A model generated the notes under the pieces. It had not been told where the DNA came from. It saw only the letters and a program-made list of their open reading frames with translations, and searched no databases. 64,000 nucleotides of DNA from Lama guanicoe (lineage: Eukaryota): positions 253,496 to 317,495 of the forward strand of contig MU053416.1 of NCBI GenBank assembly GCA_013239625.1. The letters are read 5' to 3'. Below, piece after piece: positions 37,551 through 51,530 of the stretch; the first letter of the stretch is position 1, and each line of letters begins with the position of its first letter. Made by a program: the position numbers and the translations under genes.

Positions 37551-38164
37551 AGCTAAAGAATAGAGATGAAGACTGTAGCCCAGCTTGTCAGACGTGTGGC
37601 TGCTTAAGGTTCTCAGGGTGGACCTGCCAGTGAGGGGAGAGCAAAAGGCTGTAGCTACTAACAGGGGCTGCCTTTGAGAAGGAGGCAGGCCAATTAGATA
37701 TTTATTCCAGGTGGGGCAGATGAATTTAGGGTGAAGGAGGTGAAAAGGTATTCTGGTCCTGCTTCAGGTGGTATTATTTTAAAACACTTTCATTTCGGGG
37801 TCATTCCTGCTCAATCCATCTCTCTGCAGTGGCAGCATCTGGCCCAGAGCCTGCCGCAGAGCACACATTAGATTCTTGGTTAAATGAAGGACTGGATGGC
37901 CTGTTTCACGTGTGGGCTCAGTCCTTCAGTGGAACCCTGAGCATCGTGAGATTCTTCTGTGTTGCCAGCCTTGACACGGGCATGCAGAGCAGAAAAGGTG
38001 GCATGTTTCTGTTTGTAACAAAGCCAGAGATCTGTGGGTTTGATCCTTGGGGGAAAAATTGGCATTTCCAAGTAATCAGACTGTCCAAATCATTCTTAGT
38101 CACTGCAGTTTGAGATGAGGATGAGCCGTAATTTTGTTCATTGTACTTTCATTTTAACGCCCAG

Positions 38165-38293
38165 CTGACCCTGAGGGTCTGTGTTCGGCCTCTGTCATCT
38201 GTCACTATCTTGCTGAGACTGGTTGCTAAGCTGGGGCTCAGAGGTTCCAGGGCAGCTCACTTCCTGCTGAGGCAACCAACAGACACTGCCCAG
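38165..38293 (+). pseudogene. TRAPPC9: TRAPPC9 exon 4 pseudo-copy (unit A only)
   Basis: [42 protein letters not shown] versus recalled [43 protein letters not shown]; intact ccag| and |gtaagc; TAA at 38227. Confidence 0.95.
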
Positions 38294-40659
38294 GTAAGCT
38301 CTGCCCGTGCCTCTGTCCTGGGCTCGTTGGCAGTCCTTCAGCAAGCAGGAGTAATTTGTTATTGTCCCCTCTGAGTTTAGCTTGACTAATGTTTAAATAA
38401 AGTATAAAATCCATTTCGTCAAGAATCCTACACGTGAGATATTTTCTTGTGATTTTACTGAATATGCATCGATCTTATTGAGTCTTATTAAATGATAATA
38501 ATGGATTACAGTCATTGGTTGATTTCTGGAACAGATACATAACATTTCATGGTAGATCAACTTTAAACTTCTGGGTTCTTTTCATCCTGTGTATTTGCTG
38601 ATGTTAATCCCAGATGTCAGTTTTAACAGCTGATTCAGGGCCTGGGGGCTGCTGCTTTTTTTTCCTGGTTGACAAATTTCTCTTACTGAGTGAAGTTAGC
38701 TTTGGTTATGTTCATTAGCAGCTGCAGACAGCAAATAATTATTTTTCAGGAGATGACCTGCAAATGATCACTGAATGACTTTGACCCTTTGGGCCCCTAA
38801 TGAATGAAATTGCCTTAAAAGGTTCAGGACATAGCTGTCATATCGCACAGGTTGCAAAAGTAATAACAGAATGCGGAGATCCAGGTGGGACACAGAGCTG
38901 TCAGGTGATTTTTCATCCATGAGTTTTCATTTATTTATTTTTTATGGATTATTCCCTCCAAGGAGAAAGCCTCTGGTAGTAGATGTGTATTAGATGAGGA
39001 AATGCCTTAAATTTCCTTTTCCCTGATTTATTCCATCCCCTACCACCAATAAGTGGTGCAGAGAACATTTATAAGCCACCACTGAAGCCGCGCGGTCTGA
39101 ACCTGGGTGCACTCTTTGTACCCAATGAATCTGATGGTTCTTGAAGATAGGTTCATCATTCTTCCTCAGATCATTCTAGTGGTTTCAGTGGGGTCTCAGC
39201 TACTGGAGAGGGAAGAGGCAGCCTGAGATGTGATAGAGATTAGGTCTAGATGTCTCTGTTCCCCCTTTCCTGGGCTTGATTCTGACCTGAGGTCCCTCCC
39301 TTCAGTGTTCCCCCCACTGTGTTTATCCCTTGCCGTCGTCTCTGCTGTCTCTGGGAGGTGGTTCCAGCTTTCTAAGCCCCCAGTCCTCTGCTCCCTCTCT
39401 CTGGGAGTGCCTGCTGTTGTGGGTGGCTTTGTTTTGTTGTCGCCCTGCAATGTGAAGAGTCCTCATGTGCTGAGGCTGTTCTACTCATTTGAGCAGTGAG
39501 GCTCAGAGATTTTGCAGAGTCATGTTTCTTTTTCCCCCTTGCTGAGTGTACTTGAAAAAGATTTAAGCCTGAGAAAGGGCTCTGTCTGCAGAAATGTCTT
39601 CATTTAGTTTTGCATGGTATAAAAACCTTGAGAGCTTTTTAATCATTGAAGACAGTCTGTGGGGAAACAGTCAGTGAAGCCCAGGTGAGATCTGGAAGAG
39701 CCGCACTTCCCTCACTGCCAAGGGTGGTGACTTCACCCCCGTTCAGTCAGTAAAGGGTCCAGACTTGTGAACGGAGGTGACAACATGAATACATATGTGT
39801 ATCCGCTGCTTCACCTTGGGTGTTAATTTCAAGCTGAGGCGGTTTCTGGCGGCAGCCTCATCCTACATCAGGAATTTATGAGGAAGACAAGACAGACTTG
39901 ATTAGTGTAGTATGAAGTTTTCATGAAACTAATGTCATTCTAGTAAGATAGGGACTAGTTAAAGTGCCTTAAGCAGACAACCGTGAAGATTATTTACATA
40001 GAATGTGGATTTTTACAGCTCAGAATTTGTATTGCCATGTAAACATCCACTAGAAATTTTAAATTTGAAGGAATCTGACCAGAACCATTAATTTAGAAAA
40101 ATCAACATTAAATATTTTCAGGCAATAACCTTATATCTTTTGTGACTGAAGAAAATTTTGATTTTTTTCTGTACTCTTAATAGTTTTTAAAATATCAAAA
40201 CATTGATTTGACATGTCACTTTTTAAATAGAGAGAAAAAAGTTCTAGCTGTTTTAATATGTAACTAAATATTTTTGTATTTCAGCAAACTGGTGTGATTT
40301 CCTGACTCTTTGGGAAGTATTTTGCAAGACACTTAGATTACCTACTGTTGGAAAAATGCAGAAGTGACTTTTATGAATATAGGACTAGTACAGATCTGTT
40401 GGTTTTTGATATAGTGCAAGACATGAGGACTAGGAGAGCTTTGCTGCTGATTGCCAGAAGGACAGATGCCGGGTCTCAGTCTCCCCTCCTGTAAAATGAA
40501 GAGGCTTACCTGGATTCTTTCCACTACTGAGTTTCCATGAGCCTATGTCTTTTGTTTATATTCAGGAGTATTTACAATTTCATATTAAATGCTGAATACC
40601 ACTCCCTTCCCTGAAGCAGAATTCAGTGTGTGCTAGATAAGCATTTAGTTATCTGATTC

Positions 40660-43600
40660 TTCTTTTTTTTTAATTTTATTTTACTGAGTTACAATGTTGT
40701 GTCAATGTTGTGTCAATTTCCAGTGTACAGCACAATTTTTCAGTTATACATGAACATGCATATATTCATTGTTACATTCTCTTTCACTGTGAGCTACCAC
40801 AAGATCTTGTATATATTTCCCTGTGCGATACAGTATGTTCTTTTTTTTTTATCTATTCTATATATACCTGTCAGTATCTACAAATTTCAAACTCCCCGTC
40901 TATCCCTTCCCACCCCCCTCTTCCCTGGCAACCAGAAATTTGCATTCTTTGTTTATGAGTCTGTTTCTGTTTTGTATTTACATTCATTTGTCCTTTTCTT
41001 TTCTTTTTAGATTTCACATATAAGTGATCTCATATGGTATTTTTCTGTCTCTTTCTGGATTACTTCGCTTAGAATGACATTCTCCAGGAACATCCATATT
41101 GCTGCAAATGACATTATGTTGTCATATTTATGGCTGAATAGTATTCCATTGTATAAATATACCACATCTTCTTTATCCACTCATATGTTGATGGGCATTT
41201 AGTCTGCTTCCCTGTCTGGACTATTGTAAATAGTGCTGCTATGAATATTGGGGTGCAAGTGTCTTTTCGAAGTTGGGTTCCTTCCGGATATGTGCCCAGG
41301 AGTGGGATTCCTGGGTCATATGGTAAGTCAATTCCTAGTCTTTTCAGGAATCTCAATACTGTTTTTCACACTGGCCGCACAAATCTGTATTCCCACCAGC
41401 AGTGTAGGAGGATTCCGTTTTCTCCACAGCCTCTCCAACGTTTGTCATTTGTGGACTTTTGAATGATGTCCATTCTGGCTGGTGTGAGGTGATACCTCAC
41501 TGTAGTTTTGATTTGCATTTCTCTGATAATTAGTGATATTAAACATTTTTTCATGTGTCTATTGATCATTTTTAATCATTTTTATCCTTGGATAATTGGT
41601 TGTTTATGTCTTCTGCCGATTTTTGGATTTTTTTTATATTAAACCGTATGAGCTGCTTATATATTCTGGAGATCAAGCCTTTGTCGGTTTTATCATTGCA
41701 AAATGTTTCTCCCATTCCGTAGGTTTTCATTTTGTTTTGCTTATGCTTTCCTTTGCTATGCAGAAGCTTGTATATTTAATTAGGTCCCATTTGTTTATTC
41801 TTGCTTTTATTTCTATTGCTTGGGTAGACTGCCCTAGGAGAACATTCTTGAGATGAATGTCAGACAATGCATTGCCTAGGTTTTCTTCTAGGAGGTTTAT
41901 TGTATTTTGTCTTATGTTTAAGTCTTTGATCCATTTTGATATTATTTTTGTCTATGATGTAAGGGAGTGTTCTATTCTAGCATTGTTGCTTTACATGCTG
42001 TTGTCCAGTATTCCCAACACCATTTGCTGAAGAGGCTGTCTTTGTTTCATTATATGTTCTTGCCTCCTTTGTCAAAGATTAGTTAATGAAAAGTTTGTGG
42101 GTTCATTTCTGGGCTTTCTATTCTGTTCCATTGGTTCATATGTCTGTTTTTTCCCAGTATCATGCTATTTTGATTACTGTAACTCTATAGTATTGTCTGA
42201 AATCTGGGAGGGTTATTTCTCCAGCTTCTTTCTTTTTCTTCAGTAATGCTTTGTCAATTCTAGGTGTTTTATGCTTCCATATAAATTTTATTATGATTTG
42301 TTGTAGTTCTGTGAAATATGTCCTGGATAATTTGGTATGGATTGCATTAAATCTGTAGATTGCTTTGAGCAGGGTGACCATTTTAACAATATTGATTCTT
42401 CTACTCCAAGAGCATGGGATACTTTTTCCATTTTTTTAAGTCTTCTTTAATTTCCTTAATCAGTGTTTGTATAGTTTTCCATGTATAAGTCTTTCACCTC
42501 CTTAGTTAGATTTACTCTTGATAGTTTATTACTTTGGGTGCCATTTTAAAGGGAATTGTTTCTAAATTGTTTCTTTCTTTTTCTGTTGATTCACCATTAG
42601 TGTAAAGAAATGCAACTGATTTTTGAATGTTAATCTTGTAACCTGCTATCTTGCTGAATTCTTCAATTATTTCTAGTAGTTTTTGTGTGGACCTTTTAGG
42701 GTTTTCTATATGTGGTATCATGTCATATGTGTATAGTGACAATTTTACCTCTTCTTTTCCAATCTTGGTCCCTTTTATTTCTCTCTCTTGCCTGATTGCT
42801 GTGGCTAGGACTTCCAAGACTATATTGAATAGGAGTGGTGATAGTGGCCAGCCTTGTCTTGTCCCAGATTTTAGTGGGAAGATTTTGAGCTTTTCATCAT
42901 TGAGTACTATGGTGGCTGTAGCTTCTATTATGTTGAGATATGTTCCCTCTATACCCACAATGGTGAGAGTTTTTATCATAAATAGGTGTTGAATTTTATC
43001 AAAAGCTTTTTCTGTATCTATTGAGAAGATCATTTTTTTCCTTTCTTTTGTTGATGTGAGTATTACATTGATTGATTTGCGTATGCTGAACCATCCTTGT
43101 GTCCCTGGGATGAACCCCACTTGATTATGATGTGTACTCTTTTTAATGTGCTGTTGGATTCTATTTGCTAGTATTTTGGTATGGATTTTTGCATCTATGT
43201 TAATCAGTGATAATGGTCTGTAATTCTATTTTTTTGGTGGTGGCATTGCCTGGTTTTGGTATCAGGGTGATGGTGGCTTTATATGAGTTTGGAAATACTC
43301 TCTCTTGTTCAGTCTTCTGAAAGAGTTTGAGAAGGACTGGCATTAGTTCCTCTTTGTATGTTTGGTAGAATTCCATTGTGAAGCTGTCCAGTCCTGGACA
43401 TTAATTTGTAGGGAGGTTTTTTATTGCTAATTCAATTTCATTTCTAGTGATCAGTTTGTTCAAGTGGTTAGTCTCTTTTGATTCAGTCTTGGTGGACTGT
43501 ATGTTTCCAGAAACTTGTCCATCTCCTGTAGGTTATCCATTTTGGTTCCATACAGTTTTTCATAATATTCTCATATGATATTCTGTATTTCCATCTCATA

Positions 43601-46395
43601 TGATGTATTTCCATATTTATTGGTTGTAATTTCTCCATTTTCCTTTCTTATTTTGCTTATTTGTGCTCTCTCCTTTTTCTTCTTTGTGAGTTTGGCCAGA
43701 GGTTTGTCGATTTTATTTAGTCTTTCAAAAAACCAGCCTTTGGTTTGATTGATTTTTTTTCTATTTTTTTAATCTCTATTTTATTTATTTCCTCCCTGAG
43801 TTTTATTATTTCCTTCCTTCTGCTGACTTTTGGGTGTTTTTGGTCTTCTTTTTCTAGTTCTTTTAGCTGGTGGATTATATTGTTTATTTGAGATTGTTCT
43901 TCTTTTTTGAGGAAGACCTATATTGCTGTAAATTTCCCTCTTAGCATTGACATTGCTGCATCCCATAAGTTTTGTGTGGTTGTGTTTTCATTTTCATTTG
44001 TCTCAAGCTATTTTTTAATTTCAACTTTGATTTCCTCATTGACCCATTGGTTTTTTAATAGCATGTTGTTTAATTTCCATGCTTTCCTTTTTTTTCTTTG
44101 TTTCTCTGTAGTTGATTTATAGTTTCATGGCACTGTGATCAGTAAAGATGCTTGAGATAATTTCTATCTTCTTAAAATTGTTGAGGCTTCTTTTGTGCCC
44201 AAGCACATGATGAATTCTAGAAAATGTTCCATGTGAACTTGAAAAGAATGTATATCCTATTTTTGGGGAGTGCAATGCTCTGAAAATACCCACCAAATCT
44301 AATTTTTCTATTGTATCATTTTTCTCTGTTGCCTTCTTTATTTTCTGTCTGAAAGATCTGTCTAGTGATGTTAATGTGGTGTTAAAATATTCCAACAATG
44401 ATTGTTTTCCCATCAATTTCCTCATTTATCTCTGTTAGTAGTTGTTTTATGTACTTAGGTACTCCTATGTTGGGTGTGTATAAATTAATTATTGTAATAT
44501 CCTCATCTTGTATTACTCCTTTAATCATTATAATATGTCCTTTTTATCTTTCTTTATGGCCTTTGTTTTAAAGTCTATTTTATCTGAAATCAGTACTGTA
44601 AAACCTGCTTTTATTGGCTTTTCCATTTGCATGGAATATACTTTTCATCCTTTCACTCTCAATCTATATGTGTCCTTCTCCCAAAAGTGTGTCTCTTATA
44701 TGCAGCATATTGAAGGTTCTTGCTTTATTATCCAGTCTGCCACTCTTCGTCTTTTGACTGGAGCATTTAGTCCATTAACATTTTCAGTAATTAATGATAG
44801 ATGAGTATTTATTGCCATTTTCAACTTATTTTTGCATTTGATTTGGTATTTTCTCTTTGTTCCTTTCTTCTTCCTTTTGTGATTTGGTAAATTTCCTGTG
44901 TATTATCTTGGATTTCATTTAGTTTGTTTGACTCACTTGTAAGCTTTTGGCTTGTGGTTACCCTTTTTTTGTAAGTCTATTAACCTATTACTGTAAATGT
45001 TAATGCTAAACAGATAATAATATTAGCTCAAACCCATCCTACCGGGAACACTTTTTTTTTTTAAAAAGAAGGAAGAAAAACAAATACTGTATGTTTTCTT
45101 GCTTCCCTCTCCCACTCTTAATGATTTAGATGTCCTCTTTTACAATTTTCTATTTATTCTATTTGTAATTCATGGCAGTCATCCCCTTTCCAGTTCTGAG
45201 TTTCTCATTTTTGTAGCATCCTGCTTCTTTTCTATTTAGAGTAGACCCATCAATATTTCTTTTACCATGGGTTTAGTGTTGTTAAACTCTAAGTTTTTGC
45301 TCATCTGTTAAGTTCTTTATCTCTCCTTCTATTCAAAAGGATAGCCTTGCTGGATAGAGTGTCCTAGGCTGCATATTTTTTCATTCAGGACTTTGAATAT
45401 ATCTTGCCACTCCCTTCTGGCCTGTAGTGTTTGTGAAGAGAAATCAACTGAGAGACTTATGGGGGTTCCCTTACAACTCACCTTTGTGTTTTTCTCTTGC
45501 TGCCTTTAGGATCATTTCTTTATCCTTGACTCTGGCCATCTTGATTAGGATGTGTCTTGGTGTGAGCCTGTTTGGGTTCTTCCTGTTTGGGACCCTCTGA
45601 GCCTCCTGTACTTGGATATCTGATTCCTTCTTTAGGTTTGGGAAGTTTTCAGTCATGATTTCTTCAAATACCTTTTCAATCCCGTTTGTTCTTTTTTCCC
45701 TTTCTGGAAACTCTATTATGCATAGATTAGCGTGCTTTGTATTATCCCATATGTCCCTTTATTGTTTTCATTGTTTTTTATTTGTTTTTCTCTCAGCTGT
45801 TCTGATTGGGTGGTTTCTGTTTCTTGTCTTCTAGGTTACTTATTCATTCCTTTGCATTATCTAGCCTGCTATGTACAGCTATTAGATCACTTCTCATTTC
45901 AGCCAGTGAGTTTACCAGTTCACTTGGTTCTTCTTTATAGCTTCTATTTCATTTTTGACATATTTTATATCTCTAAACACTATCTCTTTTAGTTCCTTCA
46001 GTACTTTGATCACTCCTTTTTTTTAAATCTTGATCTAGTAGGCCATCAATATCTATTTCCTTGATTGTGCTTTCAGGGGATTTCTCTTGCTCTTTTAATT
46101 GGGAGTGGTTCCTCTGCTTCTTCATTTTGCTCATATCTCTCTGACACTGTGACTTAAGGATTATCAGTTATCTACTGTGGTACTTAAGGAGTGTATTTAT
46201 TTATCTACCTAAAGCCTATGCAGGAATAAAACAGATTTTTTCACTTCTTTGCCCTTCAAAGAAGGTGATGTTCTGTCTGTGTTCAGCAGGTGCTCTGGTT
46301 GGCTGAGTGGGTCCATAGATGTGAGTTTTGGTGTATTTGTTGGAGAGAGTTAGCTATGAGCATTCTTCCACTCCTCCATCTTGCTTCTAAACTCC
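40660..46395 (-). mobile_element. Near full-length inactive LINE-1 (ORF1 from 46134, ORF2 ~44818-41007, both disrupted)
   Basis: ORF1 MSKMKKQRNHSQLKEQEKSPE; ORF2 EN, RT ([21 protein letters not shown]) and C-terminal fragments in ORF track; 5' end ggagtttagaagcaagatgg; poly(T) at ~40662. Confidence 0.97.
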
Positions 46396-49300
46396 AATAT
46401 CATGTGTTTTTATAGTGAGAGGTATTACAGTGTTGAAAGCAGGGCCTGGTTCAGTTAAAAATGAGCTGAGGGCATGAGGGATGAGGCATCTTCCACCCTC
46501 TCCCTTCCTAGGGTGAAACATATGACCATCAATTTTAAAAAGATAGTCACAGTCCCTAAGTAGTCCAGCTCAACTAGTGTATGTTAACAGGAGCAGCACC
46601 ACCAGAGGTGCTGCTCACCCAAAAATATTGCAGTCTTAAAGATCTCTTGATCTTTTTGTTCGGTTTTGGTTTTTTGTTTTTCTTGAATCGTGGAGCATAT
46701 GACTAGTTTAGAGGGAAAAATAGTTGTCAGGAAATTTTTTTTCATATAAGAGTTTCATTGCAATTTTGTTCACACACCATGAAGTCCACCCATTTAAATG
46801 GTACAATTTGGCGGCTTTTAGCATATTCACAATGGTGCAACCATCATTATTCCAGAATGTTTTCATTGCTCCAAAAAGAGCTGTGGAAATGAATGACCCA
46901 TCCAACCCTCCCCAGAAGAAGTTTCTTGGCTGTTCCTGGGCATAAATTAACTTGTTACATTCCATGAAAAAGCTGGGGGCAATTCTAATCAGAATTGCAT
47001 TGAATCTATATATTAGAATGGGGAGAATTAATGTCTTTATGACATAAACTTTTTCTATCCATAAGTATATCTGGGACCCTATCTTTTTATCTCTGTAGTG
47101 TGTGGCCCATGGGTAGTCCTTACTAATTGTTGGGTCTGTGAATGATGAGATTATATACACCATTAATTGTGACTGTAGCCTTTCACAGAAGAGAAAACTA
47201 ACCTCAGTGAAGCCAAGTGTCTCCCTGATGGTCAGAAAGAGTGACAGCCAGTGCTGGAGTGATCCAGTGGACTTGGTGCTTGCAACCAGTGTTCTCCCCC
47301 TCCTACAGCTAAGGAGATTACAGAGTTCTTTTAATTTTTTTAATGGTGTTGCTTTTATTTTTATTTATTTATTTATTTCTTAAATTCTTATTTTTTATTG
47401 AAGTGTAATCAATTTACAATGTTAGTTTCAAGAGTACAGCAGTGATTCAGTTATATTTATGCATATGTACACATATAATTTTCAGAGTGTTTTTAGTACA
47501 ACTCATTACAAGAAATTGAATATAGTTCCATGTGTTATACAGTAGGTCCTTGTCATTTATTTATTTTATATATAGTTATGTGTATCTGTTAATCCTAAAC
47601 TCCTAATCTGTCCCTCCCTCCTTTCCCACCTGCTGACCACAGTTTGCTATGTCCATGAGTATTTCTAGCAGCATCCTTTTTGCTAGTAATATATGCTGGT
47701 TGGCTGCCTTCACTTTCATTAATTCCATCTTATCTGTAGGTGTTTTTCTTCTGGTGGGCCTGCATGTGGTTTGCACACGTGTTCATAGAGATCTGTATTT
47801 GGGAGAACTCCAGGCCTCGTGTAGTGCCTGGCACGGAGCTCCTGCTGAGCTCATGCTTGAACTGGGAAAAAACATAGTAAAGTTGGAATTTCCAGTATGA
47901 TTTAGACTTCTGGGTATCTGTAACCTACGCTTAGCCCACCTTAATGTTGGCTGCACCTGTAGTGGATCATTTGATGGAACTTCATGGTATGGCGGTGTAG
48001 AGACAGGGCTTTATATAATTTTTCATCTTCCTTTTTTCTGACACTCATTCTCCTGGGCCTCCCAGATCCTCCCCCAGAGCTCTCAGGGCTGGCTTGGTGC
48101 TGTGCTAAGGCAATATTTGTTGATATGTCCCTTTCCTCATCTCTCCTGAGACTCCATTTCCTTCTCTGCACAATGAGAGCTTGGACTAGATAAGTGCTTT
48201 TCGGTTTCTTTTAAACGCATGTCTCCTTTTGAGAAACCAAGAACTCAAATCTCTCCTCCCAACCTAACTCTTCATATTTTGATACGTCCTCCAAGTGTTG
48301 ACACAGCTCTTTGTGGAAAGTTGATGTGATTTTGCTTCTTCCCAAGTGGTGCAGAAGAGACTTCAGAGATTTATTGCAGGGAGGGGACAGGAGGGGGGCA
48401 GTATGTCAAACTTTTTGGTATAAGCGCTGGAGCAGAGACTTTGGTTTAAATACAGCCTGTGACGTGGCCTCTCTCTAATCTTGCACAATGTAATAAACCT
48501 CTCTTTTGCTCGGTTTCTTCATGTGTCAAGTTGGAATGTTATTATTTTAGGGTTTTCATGAAACAATATACACATAAGTCATTAGTTTCTCAGTAGAAAC
48601 ATGACCTGTTAGGGAGTCAGGGATTCCTTAAAAAAAAAACAAAAAACCTTGCCCATAGCATCCTGTCGATGTGTATTTTGAAGTTCCTGGAGGGTGAGGG
48701 TTGAGTCTAAATTCCATCATGGGACAGGTGACCCCTGGGTCTCTGTGCCCCAGATTGCCCACTCCTCCCCAGTCATCTTCCTCTCAGTCCAGGATGAAGT
48801 TCCTGCCATTAAAATTGCACAGAGTTCTTGTGGATATGGCTTATAATTTTATTGTTTTACTGGGGAGGGCTGCTGTCATATTTCCATGGTCAGGTTTTGG
48901 TGAACTGAAGGCTATGCAATTGGGGGTTCCTATTAAGAAAAAGAAAACAAAGCTACAAATACAAAATTAGACCTAGGATGGTGGCAGGGGCTCTTGGAAG
49001 TGGGGACGATTAGCTTTGTTAACTTCAGGTGCAGTGGCTTCTGGCCATGAGGGCCCATCCTTGTGCTCTGGTGTTGGAGGGACCAGTGGGTTCAGTGGGA
49101 ATGTTTAATGAGTGTATCTCATGGGCTGGGCATTGTCCTATTTGTACTGTGTGTTCCTAATTAAAGAGAGTGAGCTCATTTAATCTCAGTAGCCTCTAAA
49201 AAATTAGACTTTTTATTTTGAGATGTAATGAAGATTCCTATGCAGTTGTAAGAGCTGATATGGAGACAGCCTATGTACTCTTTGCCCAATTTTCCTTAAT

Positions 49301-49894
49301 CGTTCCATCTTGCAAGGTTGGGGTACAATTCATTATTGACTCACTAACCCTTTGAGGTTTGTGTTATTACCCTCATTTCTATTCGTGATTAAACTGGGGT
49401 TTAGAGAAGCACATAGACCTGCCCAGGTCACCCACATGGTTAGTGTAGAGTCCGGTGGGACATGGGCTTGGGGTTTCCAGGCAGTACCATTGTGATGGTC
49501 TGTGGCAGGGGCAGCATTCACTTGCGTGTTTATTAATTCATTCAACAAACATTTATTGAGTAAACTCTGTGGGTCAGATGCTTTCATACGGTTATCTAAT
49601 TCTTCAGCAGTACTGAGAATCAGCTAATATTTTCTTCTTTCATCTGTGAAAATTAACTCTCAGAGGTCATAAAACCTCCCAAAGGAAATACAGCTCATAA
49701 AGGAGGGATTAGTAAATTTGTACAGTCCCCCCTTTTTATGCAGGTGGTAAACTAGGCATTTTGCATTTGCTATCTGCCTTGATCTAGATATATCCTTGTA
49801 AGGCAAGGTTTGTTTTTGTTTTGTTTTGTTTTGTTTTGTTTTGTTTTTAATTGAAGTATAGTCAAGTTTACAGTATTGTGTTAATTGCAATGTT

Positions 49895-50039
49895 TTTCCT
49901 TTTTAATTTTTAATTCATTTTTATGGGGTAATTAAGTTTATTTTTTGTTTCATTTTTTTAATGGAGACATTTGGGATTGAACCCAGCACCTCGTGCATGC
50001 TAAGTATGTGCTTTACCACTGAATTGTACCCTCCTCCCC
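49895..50039 (-). mobile_element. vic-1-type SINE, paralog of 27905-28056
   Basis: ttttaatggagacatttgggattgaacccagcacctcgtgcatgctaag. Confidence 0.85.
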
Positions 50040-50443
50040 AGGGCGAGTTTTCTTATCCATTATTTTGCAGTGTAAATTGGAGTTGAAATCCAGATCTTTC
50101 AATCCCACTGTGGTTCTTTTCATTATATTCTGCTGAAGGGTGGGGAAGCAGTTCCTTTGTTCATTCACTTATTCAGCATTTTTGAGCATCAGGGCCTGAC
50201 TAGATGTTGGAAACAGAAAATAAGAAATGACCCTTTTTTGCAGGGGCTGGAAGCCTAGACCAAGAGCAGGATAATGTGATCCTAGCTACAGTAGACATGT
50301 GCAGACTCTGAGGACAGACTGTACCCCCAGGTTTGCTTGGGCTTCCCTTGCCTTCTGGCTGGTACACACAGGTCGCCGCATCCCAGAGGGCCCTGCAGCC
50401 CACAGCACAGCGTGTACCTTAGTCTCCTCTCCCCTCTTGGCAG

Positions 50444-51024
50444 GGCCTGCAACATAAGCATTGCTGACTACGTGCAGTGTGCTGAGGACCACCAGACTCT
50501 CCCCATGGTGGTCCAGCACGTGGGATTATCTTGGGGGAGAATCTCTTATGCATCTAAACATATATCCTCAGTGAGCCAGGTCAGGCTGTGCGGCTTCCAG
50601 CAGTCATTCTGTATCTGCTACAGGTACCACTACCCACACAAGAATGAGTGGGGAGACTTCCAGACCCGCCGAAGTGTCATGGGCCTCATCACCATCACTG
50701 ACTACTTGGCCAAGGACTGGCTGCAGATCGAGGAGCTCCCTGTGCAGAGGAGCTGTGTGGCAACATGCAGGACGATTCATGGCTCTTCATCTTTGTGCTG
50801 AAGGGCGAGCTCGCCGAGCAGCTGCACACTGATTTGGCCTTGTACCCCAGCTATGAGGACTGTGGGATGGTGGAGAAGAGGATCAAGGAATTCATTGAGT
50901 CGCTCTTCATCGTGCTCGAGTCCAAGCACCTGGACAGGGCCACCAACAATTTTGGGGACAAGATCCCCCTCCTTTGCATCCCATTTGAGAAGAGGGACTT
51001 GGTGGGACTGGACACAGACAGCAG
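50444..51024 (+). pseudogene. TRAPPC9: TRAPPC9 exon 2 pseudo-copy B
   Basis: ATG->ATA at 50454; [64 protein letters not shown]...[23 protein letters not shown]; internal frameshifts; donor |gttagc. Confidence 0.97.
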
Positions 51025-51394
51025 GTTAGCCTACGTGGAGTCCCGGCTGCCCTGGCTGTGTGTCTGGGTTGTTTTCCTACATCCAGAAAGGGATCAGCAA
51101 GAAGGGGAGCTGGCTTGCAGCCAAGGGGGGAGGGTGATGCAGCCTGATGGTTTCCAAAGTTTTAAAAATGAATTCATCTTTAGTTCAGAGAGATCCATTT
51201 AGGGTTAGTTCGATACTTACTCCCCCTTTCCAACCAAGACCCCTGGTGGGACCCCTGGAGTTGCTATCCAATAGGGTAGCCACAGCCAAAGAGGCTGGGA
51301 GTTCTGGGGAGGAGGCTGGTCTAAGATGAAACGTGCAGAAGGTCAAATGGACATCAGACACTGAGACTTGTCTAGAAAAAAGAATGTAAACTAT

Positions 51395-51530
51395 CTTGAT
51401 AATTTCTATATTTACTACATGTCAAAATGATAGTATAATACATATTACATTAAATTAGATCTATTCTTAGAATCACTTTAAAGTATTTGTTTTTCTACTT
51501 CTTTAAATGTGGCAACTGGAAAACTTTCTT
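51395..51530. mobile_element. MER3/MER33-like hAT fragment in the unit-B-only segment
   Basis: tacatgtcaaaatgatagtat...tttaaatgtggcaactggaaaa. Confidence 0.5.

Larger units (their letters stand above)
24098..46395 (+). repeat. Segmental tandem duplication, unit A (~22.3 kb)
   Basis: Colinear with 46396-64000, e.g. tgtgtttttatagtga...tgttgaaagcaggg at 24106 and 46403; shared exons, SINE and L1 ends. Confidence 0.97.

Noticed and set aside
28488..38293. Functional TRAPPC9 gene or processed retrocopy
   Set aside because: Frameshifts, stops and a dead acceptor exclude function; retained introns exclude retroposition
41007..46134. Active L1
   Set aside because: ORF1 and ORF2 broken by many stops and frameshifts
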